Source: Halobacteriales archaeon (lineage in GTDB: Archaea; Halobacteriota; Halobacteria; Halobacteriales; Haloarculaceae). Taken from it: a DNA stretch of 64,000 bases. The translations under genes were made by a program, and so were the position numbers. Shown in pieces: positions 38,191-49,001 of the stretch. Every line of letters begins with the position of its first letter. The first letter of the stretch is position 1. The stretch is taken from contig JAXHLZ010000001.1 of NCBI GenBank assembly GCA_034521675.1, forward strand, positions 57,629 through 121,628. Reading direction: 5' to 3'. Below the pieces are notes generated by a model, which had not been told where the DNA came from, did no database searches, and saw only the letters and a list, made by a program, of their open reading frames with translations.

Positions 38191-40547
38191 TTACTCCACG
38201 ACGACCGTCCGCGTCTCGCTCACCGGAATGAGTGGTAGGTCTGCGAACGCTACCTCGACGCGGAAGGTGAGTTCGTCGGCGTCGGCCCCGAACACGCCCA
38301 CCGGAACGGTCGCCTCGCCGAGATAGCGCGACTCGCTCGACATCTCGACGCCGTTGACCGTGACGCGAACCTCGCCGCGTGCGCCACCACCTGTATTCGT
38401 GACGGTCACGTCGTGCATCTCGCTCGTTCCGTGCGCGATACTGTCGGGAAACTCCCCCCACTCCACCTCGACGACCGGCAGCTCGCGCGCCTGTTCGATG
38501 ACGCGCTCTGCGAGGCCCTCCGAGAGTCCCGCGTCGACAAGCCCCGAGACGCCGGCAGCGAGCACGTCGGCGGGCGTCTGTAGTCCCTCTTTGGCGAGCT
38601 TGACGCCCTTCCCTTCCCGATGCCGTCGATGGCCGTCAGGCCGACGGCGTCGGCGGAGATGCCGTTCTCGACGCGCGCCTCGACACGGCAGGCGACGTTG
38701 GCCGCATAGGGGCCGGCAAACCGGTCGAGGAACTCGCGGAGCGCAGCCAACATTCGCAGGGCGTTCTGCCGGATGACCCACGCGTCAGAGCGAAGCTCCG
38801 AGGGTGTGTTGCCGTCCATCGAGGCGCGCAGAATGGCGAGCACCTTCCGGTTCCCGGGATCGAGATCGTCGCCCTCCGGTCCCAAGACGGCGCGCACGGC
38901 GTCGCGCTCGTCGCGACGTGCGCTCACGCTGTCGAACTCGCCGGCCGTCGCGACGGCTTCGAGCACGTCGGCGTCGGAGATATCGCTCTCGGCGCGGTCG
39001 GCGAGCGACTTGAATCGCTCTGCGGTGTCGAGCCGGAGATAGAACTTCGAGGCGAGCCGACCGAGTGGCGTCCCCTCGACACGGAGTTCGTCGTCCGTCT
39101 CGACGAAGCCCGAGGCGACGAGGTCCTGTAGAGTTTCGCGGACGCGCTCGCGGAGCTTCCCGCCGAAACGGTACTGGTCGGGTGCCGACTGGGCGCGGAC
39201 GTAGTAGAACGTCGTCTGGAGCCAGTCCATCACGTCATCGAGGTCGTGAATCGTGCCGAGCGCGATTTCGGCGTTGAGATGCGAGTCGAGTTCGGCTGCG
39301 AGTCGCGACTCGATTTCCTTCCCATCGCGGAGCAGTCGGCGATACTTCTCGACATCATTTCCCTCACAGACGACGTGGGCGTACCCCGTGTCGTCGTAGC
39401 CCGGTCGTCCGGCGCGCCCGAGCATCTGGAGCACGTCGAGCGAACTCATATCCACCTCGCCCTCCAGCGGGTCGTGGAGCTTGGTGTCGCGGATGACGAC
39501 GCATCGGGCGGGGAGATTCACGCCCCACGCGAGCGTCGAGGTCGAGAACAAGAGCTGAACCTTCCCCTGCTTGAACCACGCTTCGACGGCGTTCTTGTCC
39601 TCGCGTGAGAGTCCGGCGTGGTGGAATGCGACCCCGTCCACGACCGACTGACGGAGAGTGTCGTTGCGAAGGTCCTGTGCGTCGGTGTGGAGGTCGTAAT
39701 CGCCTCTTGCGCCGATGTCGATATCGCGCTCGGTGAGCACGTCGCGGGCCTTCTCTGCCGCGCGGACGGTGTCCTGTCTGGAGGCGACGAAGACGAGCGA
39801 CTGACCGCCGTCTTCGATGTGCGGCTGTGCCAGATCGAGCGCGCGATACAGCCGCCGATACTTGTTCTGAAAGGCGTTGTCGCCGGTCGCGTACGTCTCG
39901 ACGCTGGCGTGAAGCGGGACGGGGCGGTAGTCGTCGCCGAACTGGAAGGTACAGGCGTCGGGGGCGTCGAGCCAGTCGGCGATGTCCGCCACGTTCGGCA
40001 TCGTCGCGGAGAGCGCGACGATACGCGGATCACAGAGGCGGCGAAGCCGCGAAACCGTCACTTCGAGCACCGCGCCGCGCTTCTCGGAGTCGAGCAGATG
40101 CACCTCGTCGATGACACAACAATCCACGTCGGTGATGAACGAGTAGCGCGCGGAGTCGTGTTTCCGGGTCGCGGAGTCGGTCTTCTCGGGCGTCATCACG
40201 AGGATGTCGGCGCGCTCGGCGCGCCGGGTGTTCAGGTCGCGCTCACCCGTGACGACGTACACCGAGTAGCCCATCTCCTCGAACCGCTCCCACTCGCTCT
40301 CCTTCTCGTTGGTGAGCGCGCGCAGCGGGGCTAAAAAGAGGGCGGTGCCGCCGGCTTCGAGCGTCTTGCAGATCGCCAGCTCGGCGAGTGCGGTCTTCCC
40401 GCTCGCGGTCGGTGCGCTGACGACGACGTTGTCGTCGCGCTCTAGAATCGCCGGAAGCGTTGCCGACTGCATCCGATTGAACGTCTCGAAGCCGAAGGCA
40501 TCAGCGAAATCTGGAACGGCATCGGCGACGGCCTGTGTCGGTGCCAC
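38191..40547 (-). CDS. Ski2-like DEAD/DEAH helicase with Sec63-like C-terminus; frameshift near 38601
   Basis: APTASGKT, DEVH, SAT, FHHAGL, TLAWGVNLPA, QMLGRAGRP; HhH GIGKGRA; the C-terminus continues in ORF 38191..38781. Confidence 0.88.
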
Positions 40548-40589
40548 TACCGGGAGACAGGAGCCGTCAGACAAAGGGGTTCCGTGTCG

Positions 40590-41042
40590 TCACGCGTCGG
40601 CAATCTGTGTCGCCGCGCGCGCCACCGCCGTGCGCCAGCCTTCGGGCCGATCACCGCCGCGCTTTGGCGGGTCGATATCGAGCGTGAGCGGCCGGTAGTC
40701 GAACCCCGCAAGCGCGTCCGTCGCGACGCGGCCGACGAACTCGGCGTTCTCGCGCTTGGAGCTGACGCCGCCCGATTGGAGATCGTAGTAACGACTGAAC
40801 AGTTGGAGGACGAGTATCTCGCCGTCGAGTGTTTCCTCGGCGAGATGGCGAAACAGCTTTGCAGTGTTGTTGACCGGGTCGGCGCGTCGCCACTCCAACT
40901 CGACGGCGACGGTTCGCTCACCCTGTCCGAGCACGTCGACCGGTGTGCCGGCTATCGTTGTCTCCGTGGCCCACTCGCCATTGCGACGCTCGGCGAGCGC
41001 GTCGCGGAGTCGCTCCTGCACGTCGGTCGCGAAGGTGCCCAC
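40590..41042 (-). CDS. Hypothetical protein, possible PD-(D/E)XK nuclease fold
   Basis: E...PVDV...VAVELE spacing. Confidence 0.6.
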   Translation of the reverse strand: MGTFATDVQERLRDALAERRNGEWATETTIAGTPVDVLGQGERTVAVELEWRRADPVNNTAKLFRHLAEETLDGEILVLQLFSRYYDLQSGGVSSKRENAEFVGRVATDALAGFDYRPLTLDIDPPKRGGDRPEGWRTAVARAATQIADA

Positions 41043-41072
41043 GGTGGGCCAGCTCGACGCGCGAGCAAAAGC

Positions 41073-43723
41073 TTACTCCTCGATGTCGATAGCCGGGCGA
41101 CCGGGTTCGGCGTGGCTGGCGTCGTCGGCTTCGTCGGCGGTGAGCACGCGCACCTCGGCGTCGAACTCGCGCTCGATGAGCCACGCGGCCCGTCGGAGCG
41201 TCTCGTACTCCGTCTCGGGGTTGAGCGGTCGGGTGAGCGCCTCGCGGTTCTCCTGGAGGTCCTGTCCGTAGCTCGCGGCGTCGTCGCCCTGCTCGCGGAT
41301 GGACGGCTCTGACATCAGCTCGGAAATGACGTTCGGAGCGTCCGACTCGATGGCGATACCGAGCGCCTCGTACTTCCAGTCGGGCGTGACGACCACGTCG
41401 ATGCGGTCGGGGTCCTCGATGCCGGCCACGTCGATGATGTCGCGCACGTCCTCGCGGGTGTTCTCGACGAGCGTACGACGCTCGGACGCGTCCTCGGCGT
41501 CGCCCCCTTCTGGCCACGCGGCGTGCACGACGAAGCCGTCGTGACCGAGTGTCGTCCACAGCTCTTCTGCGAGATGTGGGGCGACGGGTGCGAGCAGCGA
41601 GACGACGGCGTGGAGGCCGCGTTCGACCGTCTCTGCGTGTGGCTCGTTGACGTACTCGACGTAGCCGCGGAGCGTGCGCGCGAGATCTTGCGCCTCGCGG
41701 ACGGCGACGTTGAATCGGAGGTCGTCGTACTCCTCGCCGGCGATGGCGATTGCGGCGTCAATCTCGCCGTCGACGTACTCGGCGATCGTGTTCTTCTCGC
41801 CGGCGTAGTCACCGTCGGTCAGGTCCGACACCTGCTCGTGGAGCCGGTCGAGGAACGCGCGCGTCGACTTGACGCCCTGCTCGCTCCAGTCGAAGGCGCG
41901 GTCGGGCTGGGCGGCCTCCATAATGAACAGCCGGGCGGTGTCGGCGCCGTACTCGTCGACGATGCGCTGTGGCGAGACGGCGTTTCCCTTCGATTTCGAC
42001 ATCTTCGACCCCTCCAGCTGGACCATCCCCTGTGCGAGCAGATTCTCGAACGGTTCGCGGTGGTCCAGCCCCTCGGCGTCGGCGAGCACTTTCGTGAAGA
42101 AGCGCGAGTAGAGCAGATGCATCACGGCGTGTTCGTCGCCGCCGACGTACTGGTCGACGGGCATCCACTCGTTGCTTCGCTCGCGGTCGAACGGCGCGTC
42201 CTCGAGGTCCGGCGAGATATACCGCAGGAAGTACCACGAGGAGTCGACGAAGGTGTCCATCGTGTCGGTCTCGCGGGTGGCGTCGCCGCCGCAGTCGGGA
42301 CAGGTGGTCTGCTTCCACTCTTCGGCCGCGTCCAGCGGATTGCCCGTCGTGTTGATGAACTCCGGCAGCTCGACCGGCAGCTCCTCGTCGGGCACCATCA
42401 CCGGACCACAGTCGTCGCAGTGGACGACCGGAATCGGCGTCCCCCAGTAGCGCTGGCGGGAGATTCCCCAGTCGCGTAGGCGGTACTGGGTCGTGTGCTT
42501 CGCCGTCGAACGTCGTCGACGTAATCTGTTCACGCGCGGCGTCGGCGTCCAGCCCGGAGTACTCGCCGCTGTTGACGACGACGCCGTCGTCGGTGTAGGC
42601 CGACTCGGACACGTCCGGGACTTCGTCCGCGCTCGGCGCGACGACCGGCACGATGTCGATACCAAGCTTCGTTGCAAACGCGTGGTCGCGGTCGTCGTGG
42701 CCGGGAACGCCCATCAGCGCACCCGTTCCCACGTCCGAGAGCACGAAGTCGGCGACGTAGACCGGAAGCTCCTCGCCCGTCACGGGATTCGTCGCTGTCA
42801 GGTCGGTGGCGACGCCGTTCGGCTCCTCGCCGTCCGGATCGGCTACCTCGTCGATGAAGTGAGCCACGTCGTCGTCGCGCTCGGCGACGGCCTGTGCAAT
42901 CTCGTGGTCGGGTGCGAGCGCGAAGAACGTCGCGCCGTAGGCGGTGTCAGCGCGGGTCGTGAACGCCTCAACGTCACCGTCGCCTCATCCTCCTCCGGGT
43001 CTTGCACCTCGAACGGGAGTTGTGTCCCTCCTGCCGGCCGATCCAGTTGCGCTGCATCTGCCGGACGGAGTCGGGCCACCCCTCCAAATCGTCGATTGAG
43101 TCGAGCAGCTCGTCGGCGTACTCCGTGATGGCGAGGAACCACTGGTCGAGTTCGCGCTGCCTGACCGGCGTGTCACACCGCCAGCAGAGCTCTGCGTCGC
43201 CCTCGACCTGCTCGTCGGCGAGCACCGTCTCACAGGAGGGACACCAGTTCACCTCGGACTCGTGTCGGTCGACGAGTCCCTCCTCGTGGAATCGGGTGAA
43301 GAGCCACTGGTTCCACTGGTAGTAGTCGGGTGTGCAGGTGGTGATTTCGCGCTCCCAGTCGTAGCCAAAGCCCATCGAGCGCATCTGGCCGCGCATCGTG
43401 TCGATGCAGTCCATCGTCCAGTCGTGAGGGTTCGTGTCGCGCTCCTTGGCGGCGTTCTCGGCGGGAAGGCCGAACGAGTCCCAGCCCATCGGGTGGAGCA
43501 CGTCGTCGCCGCGCATGCGGCGGAAACGGGCGTACGCGTCCGTAATCGTGTAGTTTCGGACGTGGCCCATGTGGAGCTTGCCCGACGGGTACGGGTACAT
43601 CCCGAGGACGTAGGTCGGGTCCTCGGCGTCGTCGGGCGTCCGATAGACGTGCTCGTCGTCCCAGCGGTCCTGCCAGCGTCGTTCGACCGTCGTGTGGTCG
43701 TAGCCGTGTTCGGCGTCGCTCAT
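41073..43723 (-). CDS. leuS: Leucyl-tRNA synthetase (bacterial-type); apparent frameshifts near 43027, 42984 and 42500-42520
   Basis: [55 protein letters not shown] and KMSKS, spread over several frames. Confidence 0.93.
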
Positions 43724-43856
43724 AGAGTCCTCGTTGGCCGAAGTGGGCGGCGTTCGGGCCTTAAGCTTTCCATCCGCTGTGGGTGGCTCACACGGGCGGC
43801 TCCATCGCCGCTCGCGGGACCGTCGTACTTATCCACAGCCCCCGTCAAACCGTGCT

Positions 43857-44861
43857 GTGCAACGATTTCACGCCCGCTACCCCTTCCTCGACGCGTCTCG
43901 GGAGGCGGTCGAGACCGCGGACGTGGACCTCGCGACGGTCGTCCAGGAGGGTGGCCCCGCGGTCGAACGCGGCGTCGAGCGCGTCGAACGCGCGCTCGTG
44001 GAGGGGACCGTCGCCCCCGAGAGCCGGTGGAGCGTCCGCGCGGAGCTACTCTCGTATCCCGTGGCCCGCGTACTCGTCTCCCTGCTCGACGTGCGCGGTG
44101 CCGTCGAGAAGTACGCCACCGCCGAAGCGACGCTCGCGTACGAGCGTTTTACCGACGATTTCGACGCCGACACGCAGCTCAAATCAACGAGTGACGACGC
44201 GCTCACGCTCCCCGCACTCTTGGCTGATTTCGACGTGGGAGACGACGTGACCGCCGTCGGCGACGGGCGCTTCGAGGTGGGCGTGACGACGTATCTCGAA
44301 CTGGCTGCACCCCTCGACGGGAAGCGGTGGCGGCTGGCGACCCGTGCGCTCACCGACGGCATCGTCATCGTCTCCCGGCGCGAGCTGTACGAACTGCTAC
44401 GGGAGGCGGTGCGCGAGCGCGTGGCCGACGGGCTTCCGCTGTCGGTGCCCGATTCTATCGCCGACGCGCTCGCCCCGGAGGTCGACACGCTCCAGAACGC
44501 GCTCGCGCCGGTCGAGCGAACCAGCGACGTGGACAGATTCGAGCCGTCGGCGTTCCCGCCGTGTATCGACGCGCTAATCGAAGACGCCCGTGCCGGCGAT
44601 CTGAGCACGACTGGCCGGTACACGCTGTTGACCTTCCTCGCCGCGACGGGCGTGAGCTATGCCGAAATCGCGGCCGTCATCGACGATACGGACGACGAGT
44701 ACCGCTATCAGTACGAACGACTCGCCGGCCCGAACGGCTCGCAGTTCGCCCCGCCGTCGTGTGCGACGATGGAGGCAAATGGCGACTGCGAGGACGGCGC
44801 GTGTGGCGACTTCTCACATCCACTCGCCTACTACGAACACCAGCTCAGCGTGGGTGAGTGA
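43857..44861 (+). CDS. priL: DNA primase large subunit PriL
   Basis: HARYPFL, ELLSYPVARVLVS, FPPC...PPSC...C...C...HPLAYY Fe-S motif; GTG at 43857. Confidence 0.9.
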   Translation: MQRFHARYPFLDASREAVETADVDLATVVQEGGPAVERGVERVERALVEGTVAPESRWSVRAELLSYPVARVLVSLLDVRGAVEKYATAEATLAYERFTDDFDADTQLKSTSDDALTLPALLADFDVGDDVTAVGDGRFEVGVTTYLELAAPLDGKRWRLATRALTDGIVIVSRRELYELLREAVRERVADGLPLSVPDSIADALAPEVDTLQNALAPVERTSDVDRFEPSAFPPCIDALIEDARAGDLSTTGRYTLLTFLAATGVSYAEIAAVIDDTDDEYRYQYERLAGPNGSQFAPPSCATMEANGDCEDGACGDFSHPLAYYEHQLSVGE

Positions 44862-44862
44862 G

Positions 44863-45075
44863 ATGGAGGTGACCTGCGAGGTGGTCGGTGAGGGGACCGA
44901 ACTCGTCGACGTGGACGCGGACGCGACCTACGGTGACCTCGTCGAGCGGCTGGAGTACTCTCGCCACGAGGTGACCGTGCTCGTCGACGACACGCCCGTG
45001 CCGGAGGACGCCCCCGTCGAAACCGACCACGTCCGAGTGCTCCGACTCATCAAAGGCGGCACTCGCTGGGATTAA
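44863..45075 (+). CDS. samp2: Ubiquitin-like small archaeal modifier SAMP2 with a TRWD extension after GG
   Basis: MEVTCEVVGE...TYGDL...PVPEDAPV...VLRLIKGG-TRWD*. Confidence 0.88.
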   Translation: MEVTCEVVGEGTELVDVDADATYGDLVERLEYSRHEVTVLVDDTPVPEDAPVETDHVRVLRLIKGGTRWD

Positions 45076-45100
45076 CATCTGTCGGGCCTCCTCTTTCGAT

Positions 45101-45475
45101 ATGGAGATTCGCGGAGCGACGAGCGAGGAGATTCAAACTGTGCGCTCCATCTTCGACGTGGCGATGTTGCAGGTGCCCGATCTCCCGAGAATGACTGTGC
45201 TGGTCGCGGCCGAGGCGAACCGAGTACTCGGCGGTACGGCCGTCGAGACCGACGGCGAGCGCGGCCAGCTCTGCGCGATTGCCGTCCGTCCTCGTCGCCG
45301 GGGACAGGGTATCGGGACTGCTCTCGTCGAGGAGGCGACCGACCGCTGGGACCCCGTCGTCGCCGAGTTCAACGAGCGCGTCTGCCCCTTCTACGAGTCG
45401 CTCGACTTCGCCATCTCGCCGACCGGTAACGGCCGATTTCACGGCGTCTGCTCAGACCAGCGGCTTCACGAGTGA
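45101..45475 (+). CDS. GNAT family N-acetyltransferase
   Basis: IAVRPRRRGQGIGTALV motif A; FYESLDF. Confidence 0.88.
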   Translation: MEIRGATSEEIQTVRSIFDVAMLQVPDLPRMTVLVAAEANRVLGGTAVETDGERGQLCAIAVRPRRRGQGIGTALVEEATDRWDPVVAEFNERVCPFYESLDFAISPTGNGRFHGVCSDQRLHE

Positions 45476-46808
45476 CTCGCCGGCCGCGAGAATCGCCTTC
45501 ACCCGCTGGGCGGAGGAGGATTCGGCGTACACTCGGAGCTTCGGCTCCGTCCCGCTCGGCCGCACGAGCAGCCACGAGCCGTCCGCGAGCAGGAGCTTGA
45601 AGCCGTCCACGGTGACGACACGCTCCACAGTCGCTCCGACCACTTCGTCGGGAATCTTGTCTTCCAGCGCCGCCAGCACGGCCTCTTTTCGCGCGTCCGG
45701 ACAGTCGACGCTCACGCGGTCTTGGACCACCTCGCCGTGGGTCGCGAGCAGCCGATCCACTCGCGCGTCGATTCGTTCTTCGCCCTCGGCGGCCGCCGTC
45801 AACAGCGCGAACAGCACGCCGTCCTTGTTGGGAAGGTGGCCGCGGAGTCCGAAGCCGCCCGATTCCTCGCCGCCGATCCGAGCGTCGTGCTCGGCCATCG
45901 CCTGCGCGACCCACTTGAACCCGACTGCCGTCTCGTGGGCGGTCTGACCGTGGGCCTGTGCCACGCGGTCCAGCAGGAACGTCGTGCTCACGGTCCGGAC
46001 CACGTCGCCCGGCTCATCGGTCGAGCAGGTCGTCTGCGATGGCGGCGAAGTAGCGGTTCGGGTCGAGATAGCCTCGCTCGGGCGTGACGACACCCAGTCG
46101 GTCGGCGTCGCCGTCGTTTGCGACTCCGATATCTGCGTCGCCGGTCTCCACCTCGCGAACCAGCTCGCCCAGCCGCGGGCCGGTCGGCTCCGGTGGCGTC
46201 CCGCCGAACTCCGGGTCGGTCTCGCAGTGGAGTCGAATCACTTCCGCGCCTGCTGCCTCCAGCAGACGGTCGGTGACGCCGCGCCCAGAGCCGTACATCG
46301 CATCGTACGCTACCGTCAGCCCAGAGAGATCCGTCTCGACGGTCGCGAGCGCGTGGTCGAGATACGGTTCCAGCAGGTCGCGTTCGGTCACCACCCCCGT
46401 CTCCTCGCTCGCAGTCGGTTCGCGGAGATTCGCGGCGACCGCCTCGGTCTGCTCGGGAAGTGCCGGCGCACCCGTCGGGCCGATGAGCTTCACGCCGTTG
46501 TACTCGGGAGGATTGTGACTCGCCGTCACCATCAGCGCGCCCGCGAAGTCGCCCTCCTTCGCGGTCCACGCCACGACCGGGGTCGGAGCGTCGCGTTCGG
46601 GTAGCACGCAGTCGATGCCGTTGTCGGTCAACACGTCCGAAAGCGACTCTGCGAAGCCGCGGGAGGTGGGGCGAGCGTCGTAGCCGACGACGAGCGGGCC
46701 GCTGTCGAGCGTGTCGGCGACCGCCTGCCCGACGATGCGCACACGTTCGTCGGTGAACACGTCGAGCGTGGCGCGCCAGCCGTCGGTTCCGAACGCGATT
46801 TCGTCCAT
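45452..46808 (-). CDS. Phosphoglucomutase/phosphomannomutase; frameshift near 46019
   Basis: FGTDGWR, TASHNP, DGDADR, GGEESG, RPSGTEPKLR across two ORFs. Confidence 0.92.
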
Positions 46809-46873
46809 ATCTCCGCTCTGCGCCCCGCCGGCAAAAACCCACAGCGTATATCCGAAGCCGCCACACCGGCCCC

Positions 46874-47518
46874 GTGTCTACCTTCGCCGACCTCGCCGCC
46901 GCCGCGTACTGCCCGCGCAAGCTCTACTACCGCCGCCGTGACGACGAGTTCGAAATCCCAGATACGGTGCGGGCGAAGCGACGACTCGCCTTCCGCTACC
47001 CCGAACTCGCGGCACCCGACAGCAACCTCGCCGATGAGCCCATTGCCATCACGCCGACCCAGTACCGAGCGAATCTCGGCTGTCTGCGCGAACACGACGC
47101 GTGGCCCCTGCTCGCTGAGCCGGACCGGACGGAGGTGCTACTGTCGGGTAAGGACGCCCGTGGTATCGCCCACAAGGTCGACGACTCCGTGCCGACGGTC
47201 TCGGTCGTCTCCGCGGGTAATCCCCCCGAAACGGGCGTCTGGGAGCCACAGGGGGTACGCGCTGTCGCGGCGGCGAAGGCGCTTGCGTGGGAACACAGCG
47301 AGACTGTTGAACGCGCATACGTCGAGTATCCTGCTCACGGGCTCGTACGGACGGTCGAGCTGACGACGCGAAAGAAAGCGGGCTACCGGGAGGCGCTCGC
47401 TCGTGCCCGAAGTATCGACGGGCCGCCCGCTCGCATCGAGAACGACGCAAAATGTGACGCCTGTGAGTACCGGTCGACGTGCGGAACGAAGACGCGCTCG
47501 TTCCGGTCGCTACTGTGA
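46874..47518 (+). CDS. Solo Cas4-like protein (Fe-S cysteines; nuclease motifs degenerate)
   Basis: YCPRKLYY and KCDACEYRSTC give the Cas4 1+3 Cys pattern. Confidence 0.8.
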   Translation: MSTFADLAAAAYCPRKLYYRRRDDEFEIPDTVRAKRRLAFRYPELAAPDSNLADEPIAITPTQYRANLGCLREHDAWPLLAEPDRTEVLLSGKDARGIAHKVDDSVPTVSVVSAGNPPETGVWEPQGVRAVAAAKALAWEHSETVERAYVEYPAHGLVRTVELTTRKKAGYREALARARSIDGPPARIENDAKCDACEYRSTCGTKTRSFRSLL

Positions 47519-48100
47519 GCCGTCGAGCCACGTCTCGATGTCGTCGACGAGCGGCCCGGCGCGGTGGATCGTTTCGCGTTCCACGTCGACGACGGTCGAC
47601 GGTTCGCCGCCGGTCGTCTCGCCGCCGTCGAGGACGACCGCTGCGGCATCACGAATCTCCTGGTCGAGATCGCCGACGTTGCGGGTGCTCTCTCTGCCGG
47701 AGATGTTCGCGCTCGTCGCCGTGATAGGTGCGACGCGGTCGAGCAGCTGCCGGGCGAGCGGCTGCTCGGGGACGCGAACGCCGACGCGCTCACCGCCACC
47801 TGTGAGTACTGCCGGCAGCTCACCCCTGTTTACGACGAGCGTCACTGGGCCGGGGAGGAACTCGCTCGCGAACCGATGCTCGCGGTCGGTGAGCGTGAGC
47901 AGATCGGCGAGTGATGTGACCGACGGGACGGCGACCGAGACGGGCTTGTCCCGGTCGCGTCGCTTGGCGTCGAAGACGCGCTCGACGGCATCGGGATCGG
48001 TCGCATCGGCAGCCAGTCCGTACACCGTCTCTGTCGGGTAGACGACCAGTTTGCCGGCGCGGAGTGCGGCGGCCGCGCGGTCGATATCGGTATCGCTCAT
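47510..48100 (-). CDS. sua5: L-threonylcarbamoyladenylate synthase (Sua5/TsaC)
   Basis: YPTETVYGL, KRR, PGPVT, TSANISG, STVVD. Confidence 0.95.
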   Translation of the reverse strand: MSDTDIDRAAAALRAGKLVVYPTETVYGLAADATDPDAVERVFDAKRRDRDKPVSVAVPSVTSLADLLTLTDREHRFASEFLPGPVTLVVNRGELPAVLTGGGERVGVRVPEQPLARQLLDRVAPITATSANISGRESTRNVGDLDQEIRDAAAVVLDGGETTGGEPSTVVDVERETIHRAGPLVDDIETWLDGSQ

Positions 48101-48619
48101 CTACAGATCGTCGAGCTCGGCCTCGATGGCATCGTACGGCGGGAAGTCCGGCCACTCCTCGGCGACCCACGCCCACTCGACCGTCAGATCGGAGTCGAGC
48201 AGATACACTGCGGGCCGTGGCTCCTCGATGCCCGTCATGCCGTCGAGGTCGTTCACGATGCCGTACTCCGCTGCGACACCGTTGGCCGGGTCCGAGAAGA
48301 ACTGAAACTGCTCGAACTCCTTCCACTCGCGTATGAACGTCTTGTGTTCGTACGGCGTCGAGATGGAGAGGCCGACGAGTTCGGTATCGTAGTCGCTCCA
48401 CCCGCGATCGCGAATCTCCTGCCAGATGTACGTCGCCGGGAAGTCCCCGTCCATCGGGTGGAAGACAAGCAGGACCGGGTCGTCCTCGGCGAGCTCCGAG
48501 AGGGAGGTATCCTCCCAGTACTCGTGGTTCACGAGTGGGCGGGTGAAGTCGGGAGCGGTATCACCCGCTGCGACGTGGTCGGTCTCTTCGAGCTCGATAA
48601 CGTCGAATGTGAGCTCCAT
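48101..48619 (-). CDS. Redoxin/peroxiredoxin-fold protein without cysteine
   Basis: GDTAPDF, LVFHPMDGDFPAT, FSDP, RPAVYLLD. Confidence 0.8.
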   Translation of the reverse strand: MELTFDVIELEETDHVAAGDTAPDFTRPLVNHEYWEDTSLSELAEDDPVLLVFHPMDGDFPATYIWQEIRDRGWSDYDTELVGLSISTPYEHKTFIREWKEFEQFQFFSDPANGVAAEYGIVNDLDGMTGIEEPRPAVYLLDSDLTVEWAWVAEEWPDFPPYDAIEAELDDL

Positions 48620-48907
48620 CTACGCCTCGCCTCCGTCGGCGCGGAGCTGCTCGGTCTCGGTCTGGCCGTAGGTCTGTTCGACGTATTCGACGATGTTGGC
48701 CGATTCGGACATCGTAACGCCGGTGTTCTCGTCGATGATGGCCGGGACAGTCCGAGAGCCGGAGACGCGCTGGACGACGTTGCGCCGTGAGTGGCGCGCC
48801 TCGACGAACCGGGAGTCGTACTCGATGTCGAGATCCTGGAGCGCGCGGACGACCCGCTCGCAGAACGGGCAGCCCTGCAGCCGGTACAGCGTAATCGGTG
48901 CTGACAT
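48620..48907 (-). CDS. Glutaredoxin-like protein
   Basis: CPFC, TVP, ESANIVEY. Confidence 0.88.
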   Translation of the reverse strand: MSAPITLYRLQGCPFCERVVRALQDLDIEYDSRFVEARHSRRNVVQRVSGSRTVPAIIDENTGVTMSESANIVEYVEQTYGQTETEQLRADGGEA

Positions 48908-49001
48908 AGGCAGGGATACGGCTGACTGCTCCGTAAGGATATCGGCGCGAGACGGGAGACAAGGCTTAATCCTCTCCCCCGATAACCTCGTTTCGTCTCA
49001 A

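Noticed and set aside
32530-40547. Inteins in RFC, DP1 or the helicase
   Set aside because: Protein lengths are ordinary and no C/S...HN splice motifs or LAGLIDADG blocks were seen.
3822-40580. Weak ORB-like strings near 3822-3838, 10832-10850 and 40568-40580
   Set aside because: They match only part of the consensus and could occur by chance.
41073-43723. Programmed frameshifting or true pseudogenisation of leuS and other split genes
   Set aside because: No slippery heptamers were seen, the domains are otherwise intact, and leuS is normally essential. Sequence error is the simpler explanation.
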